Below, in pieces: positions 55,289 through 64,000 of a stretch of DNA of 64,000 bases (the first letter of the stretch is position 1; every line of letters begins with the position of its first letter). The notes beneath the pieces were generated by a model. The model saw nothing but the letters and a program-made list of their open reading frames with translations. It was not told the DNA's origin and searched no databases. Source of the stretch: an uncultured virus (IMG/VR IMGVR_UViG_3300030333_006991) (lineage: Duplodnaviria > Heunggongvirae > Uroviricota > Caudoviricetes); IMG/VR virus record IMGVR_UViG_3300030333_006991. One strand, given 5' to 3'. Position numbers and translations under genes: made by a program.

Positions 55289-55318
55289 GTTCTGCCACTT
55301 TTTACATGAGGGCTCAAT

Positions 55319-57004
55319 ATGGGAATGAATACAGGAACCAATAGAAGTCGAGGCGGCTTACAAGTTAATGATAATAATGGAGCCTCCACTATTTGGGCCT
55401 ACGGTGTAAATGAAATTGTAGTTACCGCAGGAACATTAGTCAATAACGGACAAGGAAAAGTTACCATCACTACGGGTGGCGGGGGTGGTGGTGGTTCAGG
55501 AACCGTTACTTCTATCACTAATGCAGCAGATTCAGGCACAGGAACAGCCATTACTACTTCAGGAACATTCACTTATACGGGTGGAACAAATATCACTACT
55601 TCAGTTTCAGGAACCACAGTTACTATCAACAGCGATAGTGCTTCTACGGTGGCTGCGGGTGTGGCTAACGAAGTAGCCTTTTACACAGGAGCCAATGCTT
55701 TAGGAGGTTCAACAAAATTCACATGGGATGATACTGTCGGTGCGGAAAGATTGACTATCTCAGGAGGTTCTGCTTCAGATATGGTTAGAGTTATTTCTAC
55801 TGATACAAGCACAGGAACAGCCCCCGATATTGCTTTTGTAAGGGACAGAACCTATTCGGCAGGTCTTGATTTAGGGGTTATTTTGTTCAAAGGCCCTGAT
55901 GCGGCTGATGCTGAACACACTTACTGTTACATTACAGCAGATGCAAAGGATGGCACAGTAGGGGCTGAAAAGGGTCAGTTAGATTTTAGAATCAGTAATG
56001 GGTCGGGAAGTTATGATTATCCTTTGAGATTAAGTGATACGGGTGCATGGTTCAATGTGACTAATGATAGTGTAGTAAATGTCCGAATGGACACAGGCTC
56101 GACTGATGAAGCATTCAAACTTGATGGAGGAACAGACACGCTCACGCTAAATGTTCCTATGACTATCAATCAGCAAACCACAGGAACAGCAGGTTTAACG
56201 CTCCAAATTGACGATGATGGGGCTACTGCTTCACCCGACCTTAAATTATTCCACAATTCTGCTACTCCTGCCGTGAATGATGATTTAGGCCATGTTCACT
56301 TTCAAGGTAGGAATACCACCCCTGCAACCGTTTCTTATGCCGACATTTATGCCGACATTTTAGACCCTACCGACACGGTGGAAGCAGGGCGATTCAATTT
56401 CCGTGTTAGAACAGCGACCAATGGTGGCGCACTTACCGATATGATGAGTATTCGTGGTGATGGAAACCCTGCGGTAGTAGTGAATGATAGTGGCCGTGCT
56501 GATGTGGATTTCCGAGTGGAAACCGATAATCAAAACTCTGCATTCTTTATGGATGCTTCGGCTGATACTGCGACTTTCAATGTGCCTGTAACAGCCAACG
56601 CAACAAGCGTAACCGCAGGGACAACTGTAACCGCAGGGACAACTGTAACAGGAACAACAGGTCTTATTACGGGAACCTCTTCCACCGTCCAATATCAAGG
56701 GGTTGTGAATGGAAGCCTAAGTATTGATTTATCCTCTTCTCCTGCGACTCACTTCTTTTGTGAACCTGGTTCTAATCCTGAATTAGTCGGACCTCTCGTT
56801 GCAGGAAATCAAATTGTAATTATGCGATTGGCTGCATTAGGTCCCGATGTAGTTATTGATTGTTCGGGTCTAACAGGAATCGGAGGTGCGCCCGCTACCT
56901 CAATCACTTTGAGAGAAAATACTCAAGCCTCGATTACTTTGTATTCCATAGATGGGTTAGAATGGAATGTTGTAGGTGAATCAGGGACAGTTGTATTCGC
57001 CTGA
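55319..57004 (+). CDS. fibre/spike-like receptor-binding protein
   Basis: GGGGGGGSGTVTS, Thr/Gly rich; duplicated [AS]PDx..DLGxxxFxG..YxxIxAD..E.G..FR module; DVDFRVETD. Confidence 0.75.
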   Translation: MGMNTGTNRSRGGLQVNDNNGASTIWAYGVNEIVVTAGTLVNNGQGKVTITTGGGGGGGSGTVTSITNAADSGTGTAITTSGTFTYTGGTNITTSVSGTTVTINSDSASTVAAGVANEVAFYTGANALGGSTKFTWDDTVGAERLTISGGSASDMVRVISTDTSTGTAPDIAFVRDRTYSAGLDLGVILFKGPDAADAEHTYCYITADAKDGTVGAEKGQLDFRISNGSGSYDYPLRLSDTGAWFNVTNDSVVNVRMDTGSTDEAFKLDGGTDTLTLNVPMTINQQTTGTAGLTLQIDDDGATASPDLKLFHNSATPAVNDDLGHVHFQGRNTTPATVSYADIYADILDPTDTVEAGRFNFRVRTATNGGALTDMMSIRGDGNPAVVVNDSGRADVDFRVETDNQNSAFFMDASADTATFNVPVTANATSVTAGTTVTAGTTVTGTTGLITGTSSTVQYQGVVNGSLSIDLSSSPATHFFCEPGSNPELVGPLVAGNQIVIMRLAALGPDVVIDCSGLTGIGGAPATSITLRENTQASITLYSIDGLEWNVVGESGTVVFA

Positions 57005-57059
57005 GCATAACTCCTACTGAAACACAAGCATCCAAATAGAATAACTGCTTAGTTTAGGT

Positions 57060-57437
57060 ATGAGCGATAGCGAGAAGGATGGGGAAACGGAAGTTATCAA
57101 AGCCGTAAAAGATTTAGGAGCCGACATGGTTGATGTTCTTGACGCTATTCATGCGTCCTTGATGGATTTGAATAAGAAAATCGCTGAGATGAAAGGCCAC
57201 CTTGACCTTGCTACGGCTTTGAGTTTGAGTGAAAGAATCGGTGTTAGTGCTTCGACCTTAGGTATCGAAGTCAGTGTTCCAACGGTGAAAACAAATACCG
57301 AGTTAGATGGTAAAAAAACTTCACGGAAAACTGATACTGATGTTGAAGAAGTCGTAGATAAAGACGCTAAGGAGCGTGGTGACGACTCTTCAGAAGACGA
57401 CCCTTGTGACGATGGTAGTGTGTGCCACTACGGTTAA
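57060..57437 (+). CDS. hypothetical coiled-coil protein
   Basis: 125-aa ORF. Confidence 0.6.
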   Translation: MSDSEKDGETEVIKAVKDLGADMVDVLDAIHASLMDLNKKIAEMKGHLDLATALSLSERIGVSASTLGIEVSVPTVKTNTELDGKKTSRKTDTDVEEVVDKDAKERGDDSSEDDPCDDGSVCHYG

Positions 57438-57439
57438 GA

Positions 57440-57763
57440 TTACGACCACGCTTGTTCAGTGTAACCATTCGTGTTACGGTCAAAATGCCTCAAAACAAGA
57501 GAGGGTGCGTAAGGAAATTCCGTATACGCTTGAATAGTAGCGACCAACGCTGAAGTCAATCCTGTAACAAATAGATGAATAGGTTCTTCTCCCACAGATT
57601 CCGTGTTCAATAAGTCCGACCAAAAGGCGAGGGCGTGTTCTCTCATACCTGTAAAATCGTGTGGGTCAGCAATCGCTTCCGAGAAAACAAAAGTTGTTAC
57701 TTGATTATCTCCATCAACAATATCATGCCTACCTTCACACAGTCCAATTCTCGCCACACTCAT
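57440..57763 (-). CDS. small phage-type protein (GLCEGRH...LFVTGLT...HFD)
   Basis: 107-aa ORF with SD GGTGA and canonical BRE/TATA (57794-57810, reverse strand). Confidence 0.7.
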   Translation of the reverse strand: MSVARIGLCEGRHDIVDGDNQVTTFVFSEAIADPHDFTGMREHALAFWSDLLNTESVGEEPIHLFVTGLTSALVATIQAYTEFPYAPSLVLRHFDRNTNGYTEQAWS

Positions 57764-57828
57764 TTGCTCACCATACCTAACGAAGGGCTCCCCCTATAAA
57801 ACACTTTCGGTGCTACACACTCAAAGCC

Positions 57829-57839
57829 TTCTTATAGTC
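57829..57839 (+). promoter_or_regulatory. TTCTTATAGTC promoter motif
   Basis: 28 nt before ATG 57867. Confidence 0.8.
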
Positions 57840-57866
57840 CTACTGTTACATGGGAGCGGGAGAATC

Positions 57867-58829
57867 ATGTGGGAACATCCAAATTTACCAACTTTGCTGC
57901 AAATAGGCCCTGAGGTGCAAGCCCTACCTGATGCTATGCGTAGAGGCCCTTCTCCAAGTGCAGGAAATCCTCTTTATCGTAGTTTAGAAACATCGGAAAC
58001 TCAAACCATGACGGCATGGGAAAGTGGATATGTGATGCAACCTAACCCTGATGGCACACTAAAGGCCATACCGAAGAATGGATGGGGTATAACTTTAACC
58101 TTGACCCCTATTCAAACAATGGCGAGTGAATCTTTTAGAGATGAAACCGACCCGAAACCATCTTCTTTCAAGTGGTTTGATGTAGATACAGGTGCAGTTG
58201 CTCCTTTTACTTTTGCTCCTGCTGCGGGTAAAAAAATTGATGTAACAATTACGATTCCACACTATTTCGCACCCTTTGTTGAGTCCAATGAGGGAGTGGC
58301 TATTGGAGATAACGGCTCAGGAACCTTCAGTTTCACTCTAAATGGGGATGCTAATGATAGTTTGACTATTGGAAATACGACTTCAATCACTCTTCCTGAC
58401 CCGAACACAGGAACCACAGCCTCTATTCTTTTACCAACACTAACCTTCCAACATAGCGGGGTTCCTTACTCGTTGAATTGGTCTAAATGGGGTGCAGACA
58501 AAAAGATGGTATTCGGAGCCTACGCTCACGGGTGGGGTTACAATATCCCTCAGAATACTGTCTCAACCTTATCAGGTGGAAAAAAGGCATTTGGAACAGC
58601 AAGCCTTTACGAGGAAAACACTACGATTCATCTAACATGGGGCTCTGAAAAAGACACGAATGGAAAGCAAGATTGTTCTGCGGGTTACAAATGGGACACC
58701 ACCACGAATAAGTGTGTAAAAGAAGGTTCTGATACTGATGAAGACGAAGACGGACTTGATTTAGAAAAGTATGCTCAATGGGGTCTAATCGGACTAATTG
58801 CGATTGGTGCGATTTCCATGTTAGGATAA
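57867..58829 (+). CDS. beta-rich C-terminal-TM virion protein with ASESF linker and Cys module
   Basis: CSAGYKWDTTTNKCV; WGLIGLIAIGAISML. Confidence 0.75.
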   Translation: MWEHPNLPTLLQIGPEVQALPDAMRRGPSPSAGNPLYRSLETSETQTMTAWESGYVMQPNPDGTLKAIPKNGWGITLTLTPIQTMASESFRDETDPKPSSFKWFDVDTGAVAPFTFAPAAGKKIDVTITIPHYFAPFVESNEGVAIGDNGSGTFSFTLNGDANDSLTIGNTTSITLPDPNTGTTASILLPTLTFQHSGVPYSLNWSKWGADKKMVFGAYAHGWGYNIPQNTVSTLSGGKKAFGTASLYEENTTIHLTWGSEKDTNGKQDCSAGYKWDTTTNKCVKEGSDTDEDEDGLDLEKYAQWGLIGLIAIGAISMLG

Positions 58830-59129
58830 TTAGGACAACGCCATTATTCAAGAGGTGAAACTTGTGAATGTCGTTGATACTTTGCCTGTGGTTATAGTAA
58901 TAGGAATATCCTTCATCATTTTATTTCACATGGTAATCGAGTCATGGCGGGCTAAAAAAGCCTCAAAGTAAGCCTTAAAATAGTTGAAGTGTCTCTTCTT
59001 AGTGAGGTTCAGTTTACTTGCTCTTGGTTTCGGCTTTGCGTTTGTGTTCAGTGTCCTCACCCTTACATTCAAATAGTCCTTCCGAGAAATACGGTTGGCT
59101 ATCCGTTTAGGCGGTGTGCCTCCAATTCA

Positions 59130-62100
59130 CTACATCCAATCCTCTAAAGAGGTCTGTTCACCCTTATCTTTCAATCCAAACATATCTCTCGTCCATTCTT
59201 TGAATTGATAGTATTTCTGTTCGTTATAGGTTGAGCAACCGTAAGTGCGAATCAAATGTTCGATGAGGTTTTCATATTTCATTACACTACCTGCGTAAAC
59301 AGTTTGAATAATTTTACCGTCACATTTCACATCAACTAAAAGAGTAAATGCACATTTTTCACAAGTTTCAGGCAGTTTACCTGTTTTACTATGTGAGCGG
59401 TTATGATGACCACATTTCCTACAAAAAGGGGATGCCTCTTGTTTCACGATTTCTCGACAAGTTTTAGCAAGAGGAGGTCTACGATAAGAGTGATTACACT
59501 TCACACACCTGACCTTTTGTTGCCCGAAAGCACGAATGTTACCTCGTAAATCACGCAGTAAATGTCTATCCAATAAACGGCTTGATTGGTCTACATTATC
59601 CACACCCCTCAAAATCTCTCCTAAGCGGAATTGAGCGTCTACCTTTTCTCTCATGTTTTTCAAATCAGTATACGGATTCACCTTTAGACCTGCTCCTATA
59701 TCACTCATATCATGGGTGTAACCGATACCTTCAAACTGACCTTCGGTTCCGAGCCTGTCTTCAACAAACTCTGAATCTAAATCCTTTGGATTAACTGCAT
59801 CCCATGTTCTTTCATAATCTGTCGTAGTGTAGAACCACGCTGAATCCACATTCAAGGCTTCTTTATCAATTTCCGCAGGATTTATCTGTGTGGTTAAAAT
59901 CAATGGAGCATCCATTTGCCCTCCTCTGTGTTCAGAAAGGAAGTTACGACTAAAATTCAAAATACAATCTAAAAGCAGAATAATGGAATCAATATCTCCA
60001 TCACTGTTTCTTCTTCGCCCTGCAATAGAGAAAGGATGGAAATAGCCTCCCTTAATATCAGAAAATCCAATCAACCTACAAAGAATCGCTCCTGATGTGT
60101 GTGGTGCTAAGGTGGCGAACAAATGACCAATAAGTTGTTCAGGTTTTTCCAATGCGTAAAACGGTTTCTCCTCGTATAGCCGAGTCAAAATATCATCCAC
60201 ACAGTTAGCGGTTCGGAACAAAATATCTTTTAGGGATGAGGGGGCAACGAAATCTTGTGACCTTAATTCGCACATCTGAGTATCGGAACGCAATTCTTCT
60301 CCGTGGCAATCATGCGTGTAGCCAAGTTGATGTGCCTTTTCAAGAGTGAGTCCGATTTCTTTAGGTGTGAAGTGCGTTAAAGTCATATCTACCATATCGA
60401 ATCTAACCGTGCCGTCACGGAAGACGGATAATCCATGCTTGTGTCTCAGCATAGCCTTCGCAGGATGCTCAGGTATCTTTTCCTTAGAAGTCAGTCCTTT
60501 TACTCCTTTTACACCTCTATCCCCATAACCTGCTATTTGATACCCTTTAGACCACATATCTGTGAAATCTACTTCAGGCCATTCATCCTTTGGTGTTCGA
60601 TAGGAAGGGGTAAAGGCGAAAGTGGTTTCCGTTCCATGCTTCGGACACACTTGCTCCGTAGTAAATCCTCTTGGAACACTTGCGTTACCTGAATTAACTT
60701 CTGCTTGAATCTGTTCAGGATTGATAGCGTAGTTTAGACATTCAGAACAAAATCTCCATCCCACCTGTAAAGATTTTTTTCCTTGTCCTGCCGCTTCTTT
60801 TAGAGAACGAGATTTCAAATCATGCCCGACAGGAATCAAACCGTGAATTGGAGGTTTCATTTCTCTGATAGCCACTTTCTCAGGTTTAGCCATTCGGGTT
60901 CCTATTCTAAAAGTGACTCTTGGCCTGACTTCATAGGAAGAGAGTGCGTTGATTAAATCTAATCCGTTAGTAAACTCCTCAGTAGAACCTTCGTATTTCA
61001 CCCCTGCGAGGTAGTTGTTGAGGTATACTGCCGCTTTCTCACCGTAAAGGGTGCGGTTTTTATCCACATTTATGTTTAATTGGTATATGGTTTCTAAGGC
61101 TGATTCGCTAACTGTGGCTTCGTTATTACAAAGGTCAATAGTGGTTTCTTTGAAACAACGGAGTAATTCATCGGCTGTTACATCTGAAAAGTGGGCGACA
61201 TAATCAGGAGCCATAGGGATTTTATGTGTTGAAGATTGTTCTAATGCTTCATCGAAATCATTCGGATAAGATAACGATTTCTCTTTTAGGACTTCTTTGT
61301 GCCAATCTTCGTTGTATGGACTCGGCATCAGATTGTGATTGTTTTCCTTAAACTCTCCAAACGGAATCAACATCTCTCCTATGTCCCATACTTGTTCCAC
61401 TTTTCCTGTAAACAAGATATTTTCACCTTCAAGAGCCTGAATTAACTCGTTTTCATCATTGAAACGGCAAGCCGAGCCGTCTTTGAATTGGATATACGGT
61501 CCTTCGATAGAATCACATGGAGAGACAACTGTGGCTTTACCTGGTCTTTCCACCTTCATTTGCGTAGCAGCAATAATAAATCCTCCTGTCGCTCTCATAG
61601 ACGCAGGATGGATTGATGTAGCAGCGAGTCCTGCGGCACGACTCCTTCCATAGCGTAGACGAAAGCCTCCTTTAGCCATTGGTTGGGAAATTGTCGGCCT
61701 ACCTGCAACAGCATCGGAAATGTATTTGTCTTTCGGTTTGAATGTGACTTTCTCATCGGTTTCCTTTGTAGATGTGCAGTAGTGTTCAAGGAAACTCCAT
61801 CCATCGAGTTGAAGTTGGTCTGTGTATTTTTTCAATTTAGGTGCTTTCAACAGCATCCCTTCACACATCACAAGAAGCATTCCTTCTCGGACTCGATTAT
61901 CTTTTACTCGTTCTAAATCACGCCCACCTGAAACCTCTTTTCCAACACCTTCACCTGTAATGTAAACAGGCACTTCTTGGCATATTGACCTCATTTCATC
62001 AGCCGCAGGTTTGTATTGGAGATTGTGATACAACATTACCTCTTCGATATACCGTTCAACCTCGGCAGATTCCATTATAGGAACACTAAGTCCGAAATCT

Positions 62101-62681
62101 CTCCTCAAGTAATCAGCCAAAAGAACAGATAATGCTTGACCTGTTCCTCCTGCTGAACGAATCGGACCTGCGAAGTTGATAGCAAGACATTTAGAACCGT
62201 CTTTGTTTTTCAAGATGTGGCAATCCACAACGCCTTCCAAAGGAGCCACAAGAATCCCTTCCGTGACGACAGCCAAACCTGCACACACACCATGATATAT
62301 GGCTACTCCAATATCAATATCCGTGCTATTCCCTTTTACATTGTTGAAGCGAACCTCTAAATCTTCCGCACTCAACGAGTAATCATCAACAATCGTTTCA
62401 CGACAAACGAGCCGAGCGATGTCTATGGCGACTAATTCACGGTTGCCATCGTGTTTATCGTTCAAATGTCTAATTTGTTCAGCCGTTTGCCTCCCCTCTA
62501 AGAACGAGAGTAATTGTTGAACACGGGAAGCCATATCTTTCGCTTGAGGTATTTCGACCCTCATTCTTGAATCGTGACCTTTTTTCCTACACGCTTCTGC
62601 AAGAGTGTAAATATCATCCACATCACTTTGTAAACTATCCAAATAATCGGATTGTGAAGTAGACATAGAAACATTCGTCAT
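59130..62681 (-). CDS. polC: DNA polymerase D large (catalytic) subunit DP2
   Basis: TEGILVAPLEG, FAGPIRSAGGT, GGFRLRYGRSR, DGTVRFD, LAPHTS, catalytic RRNSDGDID, GGQMDAPL, DLRGNIRAF, C-terminal Zn finger, QTSLEDWM PIP-like tail. Confidence 0.97.
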   Translation of the reverse strand: MTNVSMSTSQSDYLDSLQSDVDDIYTLAEACRKKGHDSRMRVEIPQAKDMASRVQQLLSFLEGRQTAEQIRHLNDKHDGNRELVAIDIARLVCRETIVDDYSLSAEDLEVRFNNVKGNSTDIDIGVAIYHGVCAGLAVVTEGILVAPLEGVVDCHILKNKDGSKCLAINFAGPIRSAGGTGQALSVLLADYLRRDFGLSVPIMESAEVERYIEEVMLYHNLQYKPAADEMRSICQEVPVYITGEGVGKEVSGGRDLERVKDNRVREGMLLVMCEGMLLKAPKLKKYTDQLQLDGWSFLEHYCTSTKETDEKVTFKPKDKYISDAVAGRPTISQPMAKGGFRLRYGRSRAAGLAATSIHPASMRATGGFIIAATQMKVERPGKATVVSPCDSIEGPYIQFKDGSACRFNDENELIQALEGENILFTGKVEQVWDIGEMLIPFGEFKENNHNLMPSPYNEDWHKEVLKEKSLSYPNDFDEALEQSSTHKIPMAPDYVAHFSDVTADELLRCFKETTIDLCNNEATVSESALETIYQLNINVDKNRTLYGEKAAVYLNNYLAGVKYEGSTEEFTNGLDLINALSSYEVRPRVTFRIGTRMAKPEKVAIREMKPPIHGLIPVGHDLKSRSLKEAAGQGKKSLQVGWRFCSECLNYAINPEQIQAEVNSGNASVPRGFTTEQVCPKHGTETTFAFTPSYRTPKDEWPEVDFTDMWSKGYQIAGYGDRGVKGVKGLTSKEKIPEHPAKAMLRHKHGLSVFRDGTVRFDMVDMTLTHFTPKEIGLTLEKAHQLGYTHDCHGEELRSDTQMCELRSQDFVAPSSLKDILFRTANCVDDILTRLYEEKPFYALEKPEQLIGHLFATLAPHTSGAILCRLIGFSDIKGGYFHPFSIAGRRRNSDGDIDSIILLLDCILNFSRNFLSEHRGGQMDAPLILTTQINPAEIDKEALNVDSAWFYTTTDYERTWDAVNPKDLDSEFVEDRLGTEGQFEGIGYTHDMSDIGAGLKVNPYTDLKNMREKVDAQFRLGEILRGVDNVDQSSRLLDRHLLRDLRGNIRAFGQQKVRCVKCNHSYRRPPLAKTCREIVKQEASPFCRKCGHHNRSHSKTGKLPETCEKCAFTLLVDVKCDGKIIQTVYAGSVMKYENLIEHLIRTYGCSTYNEQKYYQFKEWTRDMFGLKDKGEQTSLEDWM

Positions 62682-62705
62682 ACTTCTATGTAGGACACCA
62701 TGTAT

Positions 62706-63014
62706 TTAATTCTGTCGTATCTCTACATTGTAACCATCTGAAAGCAGGATTTCTTTGGCTCTGCGGATTTGGTTGCCTTGAAGCACGATACAGTCGTCTT
62801 TAATCGTCCCACCTGTTGCACATTTCGACTTCAATTTTTTAGCAATCTTTTTCATATCGCTACCTTTCTCAAATCCTTTTACGAGAGTAACCTTTTTGCC
62901 GAATCTTCGGACTTCCGTAGAAACAAATAATCGAGAGGCTTCAACATTAAGTTGGTCAAGGATGTCGCCCATACTATCAGGCACAAAACTGTCTAAGTCG
63001 TCTTTCCAACTCAT
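62706..63014 (-). CDS. sui1: translation initiation factor 1 (SUI1/aIF1)
   Basis: RRFGKKVTLVKG, KLKSKCATGGTIKD, LQGNQ. Confidence 0.93.
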   Translation of the reverse strand: MSWKDDLDSFVPDSMGDILDQLNVEASRLFVSTEVRRFGKKVTLVKGFEKGSDMKKIAKKLKSKCATGGTIKDDCIVLQGNQIRRAKEILLSDGYNVEIRQN

Positions 63015-63054
63015 CGGCTCACACACATTTCACTTTTCAACTATTTGACTGTTC

Positions 63055-63978
63055 TCAACGACACTCTTCTTCGTCCTTTACATTTACTCTGTAAGGGATT
63101 TTCATAGGAGTTTTTGGATAGTATTCCGCATAACCCTTTTTCAAAACGATGATTTGGAATTTTCCGATAGGTTGGAAATACTTTTTAGCGGCCTCTTTCA
63201 TGGGTAGCAAGCCCACAGGTCGTGGACTCATATTATCATCTACACCCCAATTGTAATCATCATCGAATTGTAAGTCGTATCTTTGGAATATGTTCTCTAA
63301 AGGAGAAATTAAGGTATCATTAGGGTTGGTTCCTCGGCCTGTTGAAAGAATATCTTGAGCGATACGAGGGTCTGTGTTAAAAGAAGTAACCATTGTGGGA
63401 TTCGTCAGAGAAGGGGTTTCCAATCGGTCTTTTAGCATTTGGAAAATCTTGGGAGCATGGCATTCACCAACATCGAGCGCATCAAGAGTGGATTTGAATT
63501 TATCGAAATCAATCTGCCACCATATTTCAGCGTAGTCCTTGTCTAAGTTTTTATCAGTAGCCTTGTTTGGAGATACTTGATTTCTACCAAGTGTGTTTCC
63601 ATTGAATCCCGTCATGGTTCCGTAAACTACAAGACGATGAGTGTAAATAGGTAAGAATTGAGCCTTCCATCTACCCTTGACCTTTTTGATAATGTTCACT
63701 CCATCGTGTTTTACCTTCGACATGGTTCGGACAGTTGTTTTCAATTCTCTTGCTGCCGCAGAAGCCGACTTTCCTTTCGACATAGCCCAAATGAAATCAA
63801 TTTTTTTCTGCAACGGCATCCTACGGATGAAAACCTGACCTCTCGGCCCTCGCCTAACGGTTCTAATCCCTTCTCTTTGAAGATACCTGTAAACGGTTCT
63901 TCTGTCCGTGCCAACCATTTTAGCCGCTCTATCCACTCCTATTCCTCTTCTTTCCATAAGAGCAAGTGCCTTTTTCAC
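63055..63978 (-). CDS. tandem HTH DNA-binding protein (start may lie outside the window)
   Basis: VDRAAKMVGTDRRTVYRY and ASAAARELKTTVRTM. Confidence 0.7.
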   Translation of the reverse strand: MKKALALMERRGIGVDRAAKMVGTDRRTVYRYLQREGIRTVRRGPRGQVFIRRMPLQKKIDFIWAMSKGKSASAAARELKTTVRTMSKVKHDGVNIIKKVKGRWKAQFLPIYTHRLVVYGTMTGFNGNTLGRNQVSPNKATDKNLDKDYAEIWWQIDFDKFKSTLDALDVGECHAPKIFQMLKDRLETPSLTNPTMVTSFNTDPRIAQDILSTGRGTNPNDTLISPLENIFQRYDLQFDDDYNWGVDDNMSPRPVGLLPMKEAAKKYFQPIGKFQIIVLKKGYAEYYPKTPMKIPYRVNVKDEEECR

Positions 63979-64000
63979 ACGACCTATAACAGCAGGTGAT

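Noticed and set aside
5589..57839. TTCTTATAGTC repeats as integron attC or recombination sites
   Set aside because: Not palindromic, held at a fixed distance from start codons, and no recombinase seen; a promoter fits better
1285..63999. Many short antisense or overlapping ORFs in the six-frame track
   Set aside because: Shadows of longer genes, lacking SD, promoter or recognisable motifs
1..64000. Cellular archaeal chromosome
   Set aside because: Informational genes are isolated among ORFans and virion-like genes, with no ribosomal or metabolic operons; a provirus or other extrachromosomal element is not excluded

Overview
This window looks like a segment of a large virus of marine archaea. 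The host is most plausibly Thermoplasmatota/Marine Group II-like (inferred from archaeal TFB, PolD DP2, aIF1, BRE/TATA promoters, GGTGA Shine-Dalgarno sites and GCxDxxAxNYD surface repeats). No terminase, portal, tail or HK97 genes are recognisable. Instead there is an FtsK/HerA-type ATPase, two tandem paralogous beta-rich putative capsid proteins plus a third split paralogue, spike-like proteins and many small membrane proteins. The most striking feature lies at about 6-29 kb. It is an array of genes encoding modular 'polyproteins' in which unrelated cargo domains (CCA-adding enzyme, vWA, P-loop NTPase, Zn fingers, acidic DNA-mimic-like segments, phage head-type modules) are joined by a recurring F-x-A-E / A-E-[STDN]-F-x-A-E linker, and most end in a C-terminal transmembrane anchor. 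This suggests a protease-processed, shufflable, membrane-tethered virion cargo system. The operons carry a conserved TTCTTATAGT[CG] promoter motif about 22-33 nt before the start codons, distinct from the canonical BRE/TATA promoters of putative early genes. The window also holds a glycosylation cluster (GT4, FkbM, GT-A, Gmd, GT2), an AAA ATPase, a PD-(D/E)xK nuclease and a ferredoxin. All calls come from motif reading only; no database search was run.
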